20,000 nucleotides of DNA from an uncultured virus (IMG/VR IMGVR_UViG_3300043468_001049) (IMGVR_UViG_3300043468_001049), one strand, 5' to 3'; positions 8,210 to 16,304 are shown, counted from the first letter of the stretch. The notes: generated by a model not told the origin, from the letters alone. A program made the numbers and translations.

Positions 8210-9799
8210 ATGGCAATAAATCTTTTCGGCTTCGAAATTCTTCGCAAAAAACCTGAGGTTGAACTTCAGCCTCAGGTTGCTGCACCTATAAACGACGATG
8301 GTGCAATTACTGTCACCTCTGGCGGTTATTTTGGCACATATCTTGATCTAGAAGCCAGTTTCAAAAACGAAAATGATCTTATCTCTCGTTATCGTGAAAT
8401 GTCGATGCAGCCAGAACTGGAATCAGCAATTGACGATATTGTGAATGAAGCAATCGTCCACGACGTTACTGGTAAATCTGTGACAATTCTTTTAGATGAT
8501 CTCGAACAACCAGACAATATTAAAGAAATGATTCGCGATGAATTTCAAAATGTTCTTCGCATGTTAGACTTCTCAAACTCTGGATCAGATATTTTCCGTA
8601 ATTGGTACATTGATGGTCGTTTATTCTATCAAGTATTGATTGACGAAAAGCAACCAAAACTTGGCATTCAAGAAATTCTCTATCTTGACCCACGTAAGAT
8701 TCGCAAAGTTCGTAGTATTATTCGTAAAAAAGATCCACGCACAGGAGTTGAAGTAACTGCTGGCGTTCAAGAGTTTTACGTCTACAATGAAAAAGCGATG
8801 AATCAGGGTCAAACATTGATCACATCACCAACTGATTCAGGATTAAAAATTGCAACTGATGCAATTGTAAATGTCAATTCTGGATTGATGGATCCAAAAA
8901 GATCACTCGTATTATCGTACCTTCACAAAGCGATAAAGCCCCTCAACCAGCTCCGAATGGTTGAGGATGCTGTTGTGATCTATCGTTTGTCACGTGCACC
9001 AGAACGTCGTGTGTTCTATATTGACGTTGGTAACATGCCAAAAGTTAAATCAGAACAATATCTTCGTGACATTATGACCAAGTTTAGAAACAAGGTTGTT
9101 TATGATTCTGCCACAGGCGAAATCAAAGATGATCGTAAGTTTATGTCAATGATGGAAGACTTTTGGATTCCGCGTCGCGGCGAAGGCAAGTCAACGGAAA
9201 TTACAACGTTGCCAGCAGGACAAAATCTTGGTGAGTTGTCTGATGTAAATTATTTTGAAAAGAAACTGTACAAAGCATTGAATGTTCCAGTTTCTCGTCT
9301 TGAATCACAAACAGGATTCACACTCGGTCGTTCAACAGAAATCACACGCGATGAATTAAAATTCAGTAAGTTTATTGATAGATTGAGAGCGAAGTTTTCA
9401 GTACTATTCGATGAACTTATGCAACGTCAACTTGCTCTCAAGGGAATCTGTTCTGTTGATGAATGGCAAGAATTAAAAGAAAAGATTCACTATGACTTCC
9501 TTAAAGATAATAACTTTATGGAACTTAAAGAAGCAGAATTGATGGCTTCTCGATTGCAACTTATGCAACAAATTGATCCATACGTTGGAGTTTATTTCTC
9601 GAAAGCGTGGGTCAAGAAGCATGTTCTTCATTTCGATGAAGAAGGTATTGAGCGTATGGATAAAGAATTGTCAGATGAGCAAGCGGGTATTGAAGCAAGC
9701 GAAAATGCACAACCAACTCCAATGACTCAAGGTCAAGAAGTTGCACAAGCCCAAGCAAATGATATTAATTCTGTATTTAACGCACAAATTACTAAATAA
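8210..9799 (+). CDS. gp20: Portal protein gp20
   Basis: WYIDGR, SYLHKAIKPLNQLRMVEDAVVIYRLSRAPERRVFYIDVGNMP and EDFWIPRRGEGKSTEITTLP motifs. Confidence 0.98.
   Translation: MAINLFGFEILRKKPEVELQPQVAAPINDDGAITVTSGGYFGTYLDLEASFKNENDLISRYREMSMQPELESAIDDIVNEAIVHDVTGKSVTILLDDLEQPDNIKEMIRDEFQNVLRMLDFSNSGSDIFRNWYIDGRLFYQVLIDEKQPKLGIQEILYLDPRKIRKVRSIIRKKDPRTGVEVTAGVQEFYVYNEKAMNQGQTLITSPTDSGLKIATDAIVNVNSGLMDPKRSLVLSYLHKAIKPLNQLRMVEDAVVIYRLSRAPERRVFYIDVGNMPKVKSEQYLRDIMTKFRNKVVYDSATGEIKDDRKFMSMMEDFWIPRRGEGKSTEITTLPAGQNLGELSDVNYFEKKLYKALNVPVSRLESQTGFTLGRSTEITRDELKFSKFIDRLRAKFSVLFDELMQRQLALKGICSVDEWQELKEKIHYDFLKDNNFMELKEAELMASRLQLMQQIDPYVGVYFSKAWVKKHVLHFDEEGIERMDKELSDEQAGIEASENAQPTPMTQGQEVAQAQANDINSVFNAQITK
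9791..9798 (+). promoter_or_regulatory. T4-type late promoter variant ACTAAATA overlapping the end of gp20
   Basis: Octamer immediately upstream of the GGAG Shine-Dalgarno of the next gene. Confidence 0.65.
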
Positions 9800-9814
9800 T
9801 AATTGGAGAAAATT

Positions 9815-10054
9815 ATGAGCAATGATGGGTATTCATTAGACGCAGTGACAGCAGCAATTGCTGGCAATAAAGAAGGATTTGTAAATGCTTTCAATAGCGC
9901 AATTGCATCCAAAGTAACTGACGCACTTGAAGTAAAAAAAGTTGAAGTTGCATCCAATTTACTCGGACAAGAAGAAGTAACGAATGAAATTGAAGGATCT
10001 GAAACAGAAGTTGACGGAAGCAGCGATGCAGCCGTCGACAGCACAGAAGAATAA
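9815..10054 (+). CDS. Small acidic prohead core protein (gp67-like by position and composition)
   Basis: Directly after the portal gene; acidic C-terminus. Start moved to the ATG at 9815 because GGAG lies at 9805-9808. Confidence 0.65.
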   Translation: MSNDGYSLDAVTAAIAGNKEGFVNAFNSAIASKVTDALEVKKVEVASNLLGQEEVTNEIEGSETEVDGSSDAAVDSTEE

Positions 10055-10865
10055 GGTTTCTGCAACTCAAAAATCTGACGGAAGCGTTAGGTCAAGAGTT
10101 ATGGCAGCAAAGTCTGCATTAGGGTTGAAAGATCTTAATGCATCAGCTGCAGCAACAGGTCACAAACTTTATACGCAATTGTCTTCACAAAATCCAAACT
10201 TGCAACAAAATCAAGTTTTAAATCGAATTAGCCCAAGTGCTCGTAAACATTATATGAAGTTGAGTTCTATTGTTCCATCAGAATTCTTATCAGATAAGAT
10301 TCCAATGAATCAATTTAGAGCAACTTTAAATCGTATTAAAGCAGCTCAAAATATTTCAAAACAATTGAACAATCATTATGAGATTCTTGACACAGAACAA
10401 GAAACAATGTCAATTGATGAATCATTTTATCCGCCACAAATGATGGTGTTGCGTAGAACTGGCGTTCGTATTTTCCCAGATGGTCGTCGAGTTGCTCTTT
10501 ATAGCAATGACAAACTTGGATTAGTTTTCACAGTTCCATTTAAATCTTCTGGTGTTACAGATACATTACCAAACGTAACAGCAGAAGAAGTTGAAGTTGA
10601 CAATTTAATGGAAAGTCTTGAACAAGTCGCAGCATATGCTTCACAAGAAAATCCAAAGTCTACAGCAAAACATATGAAGTTTGCTGATGGATCTAAAATG
10701 AAAGTCAGTCATGGTGCAGCAAAAGCCATTCATATGGTTCACGATGCATTAAATGACGAAAATAAAAAGAAGTTTGCTGACATGCTTACAACTCCAAAAA
10801 GTTTTGAAAAGGCAGCACACTTTGCATTGAGCAGAGTTAAATTTACAATCGGAGACGAACAATGA
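9984..10865 (+). CDS. Hypothetical protein, possible internal head / prohead core protein
   Basis: 293-aa ORF between gp67-like and gp68-like genes with several L/I-x-E sites (LTE, IDE, LME). Start uncertain (alternative ATGs at 10026 and 10101). Confidence 0.7.
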   Translation: MKLKDLKQKLTEAAMQPSTAQKNKVSATQKSDGSVRSRVMAAKSALGLKDLNASAAATGHKLYTQLSSQNPNLQQNQVLNRISPSARKHYMKLSSIVPSEFLSDKIPMNQFRATLNRIKAAQNISKQLNNHYEILDTEQETMSIDESFYPPQMMVLRRTGVRIFPDGRRVALYSNDKLGLVFTVPFKSSGVTDTLPNVTAEEVEVDNLMESLEQVAAYASQENPKSTAKHMKFADGSKMKVSHGAAKAIHMVHDALNDENKKKFADMLTTPKSFEKAAHFALSRVKFTIGDEQ

Positions 10866-11161
10866 GTTTAGTTTCTGACATCGTAAGAGAAATTATCGCA
10901 GAAGCCAACGTTCAAAAAATTGGACGTAAAAAACTTATTCGTTTAAGAGTTCGTGGTGGCAAAGTTCAACGACGCAAAATTGTATCTGGCGTTAAGGGTT
11001 ATACAATTCGTGGTGGCAAGATGATTCGCATGTCATCTAGCGAAAGAATTAAGAGAAAAATTGGTGCTCGTCGCGCAAAAATTAAACGCAGAGCAAAACT
11101 CGCAAGAGCATTAATTAAAAGAAAGCGTTCATTAAGAAAACGCACATCATTGGGGCTATAA
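10862..11161 (+). CDS. gp68: Prohead core protein, gp68-like
   Basis: Extremely Arg/Lys-rich with C-terminal KRKRSLRKRTSLGL resembling the gp68 tail; directly upstream of gp21; IAE|A candidate cleavage site. Confidence 0.75.
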   Translation: MSLVSDIVREIIAEANVQKIGRKKLIRLRVRGGKVQRRKIVSGVKGYTIRGGKMIRMSSSERIKRKIGARRAKIKRRAKLARALIKRKRSLRKRTSLGL

Positions 11162-11163
11162 AA

Positions 11164-11808
11164 ATGAAATTAATCACAGAAACAGTTGAAGCAGTGAAGA
11201 TGATCACCGAAGAAAAGAACGGTGTGAAAAGTCTCTTCATTCAAGGTCCATTTCTTGTTGCTGAAAAAAAGAATCGTAACGGTCGCATCTATCCAGTAGA
11301 AACTCTTTCGAAAGAAGTGAAGCGTTATGATGAAGACTATGTTCAAAAGAATCGCGCATTCGGCGAATTGGGTCATCCTGATTCACCAACGATTAATCTA
11401 GATCGCGTATCACATCTTATCACTAATCTCAAACAAGAAGGTAATGTTTGGATTGGTAAAGCAAAAATTCTTGAAACACCAATGGGTAAAATCGCCAAGT
11501 CTCTTATGGAAGGCGGTGCAATTCTTGGTGTGTCATGTCGTGGCATGGGCTCTCTCAAAAACGAGAACGGTGTCAACGTCGTGCAAGATGACTATTATCT
11601 GGCCACAGCGGCTGATATTGTAGCGGATCCATCCGCACCAGGTGCTTTCGTTCAAGGTATTATGGAAGGTAAAGAGTGGGTTTGGGATAATGGCATTGTA
11701 AAAGAATTAGATGTCAATGCTTATTATAATCAAATCAAGAATGTAAAGCAAAAACAAATTGACGAAATCTCATTGAAGATCTTTGAGAATTTCTTGTCAA
11801 AACTTTAA
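11164..11808 (+). CDS. gp21: Prohead protease gp21
   Basis: KNRNGRIYP, GELGHP (catalytic His), GVSCRG (catalytic Ser) and DIVADPSAP motifs. Confidence 0.97.
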   Translation: MKLITETVEAVKMITEEKNGVKSLFIQGPFLVAEKKNRNGRIYPVETLSKEVKRYDEDYVQKNRAFGELGHPDSPTINLDRVSHLITNLKQEGNVWIGKAKILETPMGKIAKSLMEGGAILGVSCRGMGSLKNENGVNVVQDDYYLATAADIVADPSAPGAFVQGIMEGKEWVWDNGIVKELDVNAYYNQIKNVKQKQIDEISLKIFENFLSKL

Positions 11809-11812
11809 AATT

Positions 11813-11820
11813 TATAAATA
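11813..11820 (+). promoter_or_regulatory. Canonical T4 late promoter TATAAATA upstream of gp22
   Basis: Exact consensus, intergenic, followed by AGGAG and the ATG at 11848. Confidence 0.85.
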
Positions 11821-11847
11821 ATATTACTTCTTCAGGAGTTAAAACAA

Positions 11848-13089
11848 ATGGCTAAGACATTATCAGAATCCGCTGCAGAAATTCTAAGAGCATCAATGAA
11901 TGCTGCAGGAAAAGAACCAGCAGCAAAATTGCCAGGCGAGATGGAAGATCTCGGTGGACAAACCCCAGAATCACTACCAAATGACTATGGTCTTAAAGCA
12001 TCGGCTGAAATGAAACCAGCTGCAAAGCCAGGTCACGAAGGTGTTCCAGCAGAACCAATGAAGAAACTTCCTGGTTCAGATGCTAAGAAACTCGCTGACG
12101 AAGGAGAAGGTCTTAAGAAGAATCCAGTAGATGCTGGCGAATATAAGACTGAAGAAACAGAAATCGAAGGCGAAGTTGTCGCAGAAGGCGGCACAAAGGT
12201 TCCAATGCCACTTCCTGTCAAGAAACTCGGCGAAGCTGAATCTGAAGAAGATGAAGATAAGGACGAGGAAGAAGAAGAAGAGGAAGACGAAGACGAAAAG
12301 GAAATGAAAGAAGCCTGGAAGAAAGACATGGTCAAGAAGCACAGCAAGTCAATGGCTGAAGACGTTGATGCTCTCTTCAATGGCGAATCTCTATCCGAAG
12401 AATTCCGCACAAAAGCAACAACGATTTTTGAAGCAGCCGTAAATTCTCGCGTTGAATCAATCGTTGAAGATATGGCAGCAGAGAATGATCAAATTCTTGC
12501 TGAAGCATATGAAGCAATGCAAACACAACTAGCTGAACAAGTAGATGAATATCTAAACTATGTTGTTGAGCAATGGATGGAAGAAAATAAAGTTGCAATC
12601 GAAGCAGGTCTCCGTTCTGAATTGACGGAAGACTTTATCAACGGTCTCAAGAATCTCTTTGCAGAACACTACATCGAGATCCCAGAAGAGAAGGTTGAGG
12701 TTGCAGAAACTCTAGCAGTTCGCGTTGCAGAACTCGAAGAAGCAGTCACAACTCTTGCATCAGATGCTGATGCTAAGATCACTGCTCTTACAGAGGAACT
12801 TAACGTTGCAAAGAGAAATGAAGCAATTCGCAAGATCTGTGAAGGACTAACCGAAGTACAGGTCGAGAAAATGAAATCGCTCGCAGAGGGCGTGGAGTTC
12901 ACCACAGAAGGTGAGTTTAATAGCAAACTCGCAGTAATTCGCGAGAACTACTTCCCAGTAAATAAAGTGAAAAGTGAGGTAAAGGCACTTCAAGAGACGA
13001 CGGTCACTGAAGATAAGCCAGAAGTAGAAGTTCATGGTCTAATGAAACATTATGTGCAAGCAATTACAAAAACGGCTCCAAAAGCCTAA
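11848..13089 (+). CDS. gp22: Prohead core scaffold protein gp22
   Basis: LSEEFxxKAxTIFEAAV, YLNYVVEQWMEEN and GLKNLFxEHYI motifs; acidic; between gp21 and gp23. Confidence 0.95.
   Translation: MAKTLSESAAEILRASMNAAGKEPAAKLPGEMEDLGGQTPESLPNDYGLKASAEMKPAAKPGHEGVPAEPMKKLPGSDAKKLADEGEGLKKNPVDAGEYKTEETEIEGEVVAEGGTKVPMPLPVKKLGEAESEEDEDKDEEEEEEEDEDEKEMKEAWKKDMVKKHSKSMAEDVDALFNGESLSEEFRTKATTIFEAAVNSRVESIVEDMAAENDQILAEAYEAMQTQLAEQVDEYLNYVVEQWMEENKVAIEAGLRSELTEDFINGLKNLFAEHYIEIPEEKVEVAETLAVRVAELEEAVTTLASDADAKITALTEELNVAKRNEAIRKICEGLTEVQVEKMKSLAEGVEFTTEGEFNSKLAVIRENYFPVNKVKSEVKALQETTVTEDKPEVEVHGLMKHYVQAITKTAPKA
12232..12303 (+). repeat. Low-complexity GAA/GAC-rich tract encoding poly-Glu/Asp in gp22
   Basis: Encodes EAESEEDEDKDEEEEEEEDEDEKE. 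Confidence 0.8.
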
Positions 13090-13120
13090 TTAACTCATCT
13101 TTTTTAACGGAGTATTATAA

Positions 13121-14464
13121 ATGTATCTAAATGAAACCATTACAAAAAAGTGGGCTCCAGTTCTTGATCACGGCGATCTTCCAGCGATCTCTGATCCATA
13201 CAAGCGTGCAGTTACTGCCCTTGTTCTAGAAAACCAAGAACGTGCCCTTCAAGAAGAAAACCGCTCAATGACAAACCTATGGGAAGCAGCTCCTGCTAAT
13301 GCCATGGGTTCAGCAGGCATCAGCGGTCTTGCTTCAACAGTCAACACTGGCGTAACAGGCTTCGACCCAATCCTAATCGGATTGGTCCGTCGTGCTCTTC
13401 CAAACCTAATGGCTTATGACATCTGCGGCGTTCAGCCAATGACTGGTCCAACAGGTTTGATTTTCGCAATGCGCTCAGTCTATGCATCCTCAACAGCACG
13501 TGGCGGTGAAGCTCTCTTCGACGAAGCAAATAACGCCCACTCTGGTAACGGTACAATGACTGCATTCACCAGCACTATAAATCCAGGTAATGCTAACTCA
13601 TCAATCTACGGTCTTGCAAACACTGGCTTCGGTCTCGACACCGCATCTGGTGAAGATCTAACGATGAAGTATATGGGCTTCCAAATCGATCGTGTTGCTG
13701 TTACAGCAAATACACGCGGCTTGCAAGCAGCATACACGCTAGAACTTGCACAAGATCTCAAGGCAGTTCACGGTCTCGACGCAGAAACAGAATTGACAAA
13801 TATCTTGTCAACAGAAATTCTTGCTGAAATCAACCGCGAAGTTGTTCGTACGATCTATGCAACAGCAAACGTCGGTATCGTCGGTGTGACATCAAATACC
13901 TTCAACTTGAATTCAAACGACACCACTGCAGGTGGTACATCAGGTCGTTGGCAAGTTGAGAAGTACAAGTCACTCTTGTTCGCAATCGAAAGAGCAGCCA
14001 ACAAGATCGCTAAAGACACCCGTCGTGGTAAGGGTAACTTGCTCATCGTTTCAACCGATGTTGCATCAGCTCTTGCAATGACAGGTCTTCTAGACTACAA
14101 CTCAGCATTGTCAAACAACACAAATCTAACAGTTGACGATACAGGCAACACATTCGCTGGTACACTATTCGGTCGTATCAAGGTCTATGTTGATCCATAT
14201 TCTGTCGCCAATTCAGACTATGTTGTTGTCGGTTATAAGGGTACAAACGCTTATGACGCTGGCTTGTTCTACTGCCCATACGTTCCTCTACAAATGGTAC
14301 GTGCTATCGATCCAACGACTTACCAACCAAAGGTTGGCTTCAAGACTCGTTACGGTCTCGTTGCAAATCCATTCGCAACAGGTGGCGTAGCTGGTACAGG
14401 AGCTCTTGTAAACGGTAACAACGTTTACTATCGTAAGTTCCAAGTGTTGAACATCAACCAGTAA
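13121..14464 (+). CDS. gp23: Major capsid protein gp23
   Basis: KWAPVLD, GVQPMTGPTGLIFAMR, ELAQDLKAVHGLDAETEL, DAGLFYCPYVPL and GFKTRYG motifs; probable maturation site LWE|A at residue 55. Confidence 0.99.
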   Translation: MYLNETITKKWAPVLDHGDLPAISDPYKRAVTALVLENQERALQEENRSMTNLWEAAPANAMGSAGISGLASTVNTGVTGFDPILIGLVRRALPNLMAYDICGVQPMTGPTGLIFAMRSVYASSTARGGEALFDEANNAHSGNGTMTAFTSTINPGNANSSIYGLANTGFGLDTASGEDLTMKYMGFQIDRVAVTANTRGLQAAYTLELAQDLKAVHGLDAETELTNILSTEILAEINREVVRTIYATANVGIVGVTSNTFNLNSNDTTAGGTSGRWQVEKYKSLLFAIERAANKIAKDTRRGKGNLLIVSTDVASALAMTGLLDYNSALSNNTNLTVDDTGNTFAGTLFGRIKVYVDPYSVANSDYVVVGYKGTNAYDAGLFYCPYVPLQMVRAIDPTTYQPKVGFKTRYGLVANPFATGGVAGTGALVNGNNVYYRKFQVLNINQ

Positions 14465-14507
14465 TAGTTATTACCGACTTTATAAAAATAATAAGGTAAT
14501 GTGACTC

Positions 14508-14536
14508 GGGGGGAGCAGAAATGCTCCCCCTTTTTT
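14508..14536 (+). terminator. Rho-independent terminator after gp23
   Basis: GGGGGAGCA-GAAA-TGCTCCCCC perfect 9-bp stem with a GNRA loop, followed by TTTTTT. Confidence 0.92.
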
Positions 14537-14542
14537 ATTTTC

Positions 14543-14550
14543 TATAAATA
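14543..14550 (+). promoter_or_regulatory. Canonical T4 late promoter TATAAATA upstream of gp3
   Basis: Exact consensus immediately after the terminator. Confidence 0.85.
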
Positions 14551-14577
14551 GATTAGTTGACTTACGGAATTTTTTCA

Positions 14578-15123
14578 ATGACTGCATTAACTAGATCTCC
14601 AACTAATACAGACTTACTCCAAAGTACCAAATTTAGAGTAACATTTGATCGTTTGCCTGGATCCACATATTATTGTCAAGCAGCAAATGTTCCTGGAGTT
14701 TCATTAACAGAAATTGTTAGACCAACACCATTTATTGACTTATATCATCCTGGCGAAAAGATGATATATGATACATTTACAATTACATTTTTAGTTGATG
14801 AAGATATGCGCGCATTTACTGAAATTCATGATTGGATTCGTGCTATGACATTTCCGACTGATTTCAAAGAATATAGAGATTTGGAAAGGCTTGCAAGAGC
14901 TCCATATCTTTTTGGAACTGCACCAAAAGGCAAGCCACAATATTCTGAAGCAATTATGACACTACACTCGAATAAGAACAATCCCAAATTCAGAGTCAAA
15001 TTTTATGATTTGTTTCCAACGACATTATCATCATTAATGTTCAACTCGCAAGATACAGCAGAGAACATTGTCGTTGCAGATGCAACTTTTCGATTTGCTT
15101 ATTATGAATACGAAAGAATTTAA
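14578..15123 (+). CDS. gp3: Tail tube terminator / tail completion protein, gp3-like
   Basis: YYCQxANxPG, FLVDEDMxxxxEIHDW, FPTTLS and ATFRF motifs (tube-fold paralog); position between gp23 and uvsY. ATG 14578 preferred over TTG 14557. Confidence 0.85.
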   Translation: MTALTRSPTNTDLLQSTKFRVTFDRLPGSTYYCQAANVPGVSLTEIVRPTPFIDLYHPGEKMIYDTFTITFLVDEDMRAFTEIHDWIRAMTFPTDFKEYRDLERLARAPYLFGTAPKGKPQYSEAIMTLHSNKNNPKFRVKFYDLFPTTLSSLMFNSQDTAENIVVADATFRFAYYEYERI

Positions 15124-15172
15124 TAGATACTAGATATAATCTATTGGTACTTCGTTCAAACCACACATAGTG

Positions 15173-15201
15173 ATTATACTGTTTAATTATACAAGAGTAA
15201 A
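15173..15201 (-). promoter_or_regulatory. Leftward sigma70-like promoter (TTTACT-17 bp-TATAAT), antisense to gp3
   Basis: + strand AGTAAA at 15196-15201 and ATTATA at 15173-15178, 17-bp spacer. Confidence 0.6.
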
Positions 15202-15231
15202 TTCTTGCTAGAGCTTCGGCAGGAGTTTACT
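15196..15231. repeat. Imperfect inverted repeat / stem-loop containing both -35 elements
   Basis: AGTAAATTCTTGC-(TAGAGCTTCG)-GCAGGAGTTTACT: 13-bp arms with two mismatches that are both G-U pairs in + strand RNA. Confidence 0.8.
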
Positions 15232-15254
15232 TACAAATGATAATAGTGTATAAT
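15225..15254 (+). promoter_or_regulatory. Rightward sigma70 / T4-early-like promoter for uvsY (GTTTACT-17 bp-TATAAT)
   Basis: GTTTAC at 15225-15230 matches the T4 early -35; perfect TATAAT at 15249-15254. Confidence 0.75.
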
Positions 15255-15282
15255 AGAACTATCTTATCACACTTGTATTAAT

Positions 15283-15732
15283 ATGAAAATTGAAACTCCA
15301 CCACTTGAAGAATTGATGGTTCAATGGGAAAGGGATTCTGAAGTAGATACCACAGAACCTGGCAAAGAAATCTTGCGTATTCCTATTCTTCACAACAAGT
15401 ATAACAAATATTTGTCTTTGCATAATCTTGCTGCAAAAAGAGCAGCGATGGAATATGACAAACTCAAGAAATTGAAGTGGATGTACTATAACGGCAAACT
15501 TGATCAAGATGAATTGGATAAACTTGGTTGGGAGCCATTTAGATTCACCCTCAAGTCAGACATTCAAGTGTATCTTGATGGTGATGATGATTTGACAAAA
15601 CTTAAACGAAAAAAAGCCTATCATGAAGAGTCAGCAAATTTTTGTACCAACGTTATGAAAGAATTGAATAATCGTACTTGGCAATTGAAAGAATACATGG
15701 GCTGGGAAAAGTTCATTCAAGGTGCACGTTAA
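15283..15732 (+). CDS. uvsY: Recombination mediator UvsY
   Basis: WxxDSxxD, IPxLHxKY, YYxGK, LKSDIxxYLxGDxD and RxWQLKxxxxWxKF pattern; synteny with gp3 and uvsW. Confidence 0.9.
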   Translation: MKIETPPLEELMVQWERDSEVDTTEPGKEILRIPILHNKYNKYLSLHNLAAKRAAMEYDKLKKLKWMYYNGKLDQDELDKLGWEPFRFTLKSDIQVYLDGDDDLTKLKRKKAYHEESANFCTNVMKELNNRTWQLKEYMGWEKFIQGAR

Positions 15733-16304
15733 TGTTTGAAAATAAAATACTTATTGTTGATAATTTTTACGAAGATCCAGATTCTGTTAGAAGTTTTGCT
15801 CTTAAACAAAATTTCACTTCAAACTATAATGACAATGGTGCCAAGATTCCTGGAGTTCGTACTGATGAAATACAAACATTGAGTTTAAAGTATTTCAATT
15901 TATTGAAAAGCACTCTATTCAACAATTTGTTCGGCTACCCTAAACACTTTGTTTCTATAGATGAGATGATGCTTTCTAGGTATCAAGTATGTTTAGAAAG
16001 CGATGGTGATAGTTGGCCACATTATGATAAAAAGACAGTTGCAGGTTTAGTGTACCTAACCCCAAATCCTCCACCAAATAGTGGCACAATTTTCTATGAT
16101 GTAGATCCAAATGATCCATCAAATAAAGAAAACATTACTGTAAAACAGGTTGTACAAAATGTTTACAATCGTGCAATAATTTATTCTGGTACTGTTCTTC
16201 ACAAATCAGAAAATTATTTTGGTGATACATTAGAAAATGGTAGACTAATCAATCCATTTTTTATTGATATTATGAACATTGATATTCAACGAGATAATTC
16301 ATGA
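15732..16304 (+). CDS. 2OG-Fe(II) oxygenase-like protein (DUF6445-type), paralog of 257..805
   Basis: IVDNFYEDPDSVR, PGVRT, WPHYD, YLTPNPPPNSGT, VLHKS and GRL. Start set at the ATG overlapping the uvsY stop (TAATG). Confidence 0.72.
   Translation: MFENKILIVDNFYEDPDSVRSFALKQNFTSNYNDNGAKIPGVRTDEIQTLSLKYFNLLKSTLFNNLFGYPKHFVSIDEMMLSRYQVCLESDGDSWPHYDKKTVAGLVYLTPNPPPNSGTIFYDVDPNDPSNKENITVKQVVQNVYNRAIIYSGTVLHKSENYFGDTLENGRLINPFFIDIMNIDIQRDNS

Noticed and set aside
9934..9941. Slippery A7 run in the gp67-like gene as a frameshift into the 293-aa ORF
   Set aside because: The target frame is +1 rather than -1 and has a TAA at 9978-9980, so no fusion is possible from this site.
11527..11544. GVSCRG instead of GVSSRG in gp21 as a Ser-to-Cys protease switch
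   Set aside because: By my recalled alignment the catalytic Ser is the first Ser (GVS), which is retained; only the neighbour changed.
12033..12410. Minus-strand poly-Ser ORF and the other short minus-strand or alternate-frame ORFs in the track
   Set aside because: Shadows of well-supported + strand genes; the poly-Ser mirrors the gp22 poly-Glu tract.
13116..13123. TATAAATG as a late promoter for gp23
   Set aside because: It overlaps the start codon and lies downstream of the SD, so it cannot produce a gp23 mRNA.
15678..15731. Longer N-terminus for the oxygenase ORF as given in the ORF track
   Set aside because: It overlaps uvsY from a TTG; the paralog alignment and TAATG coupling support the ATG at 15732.
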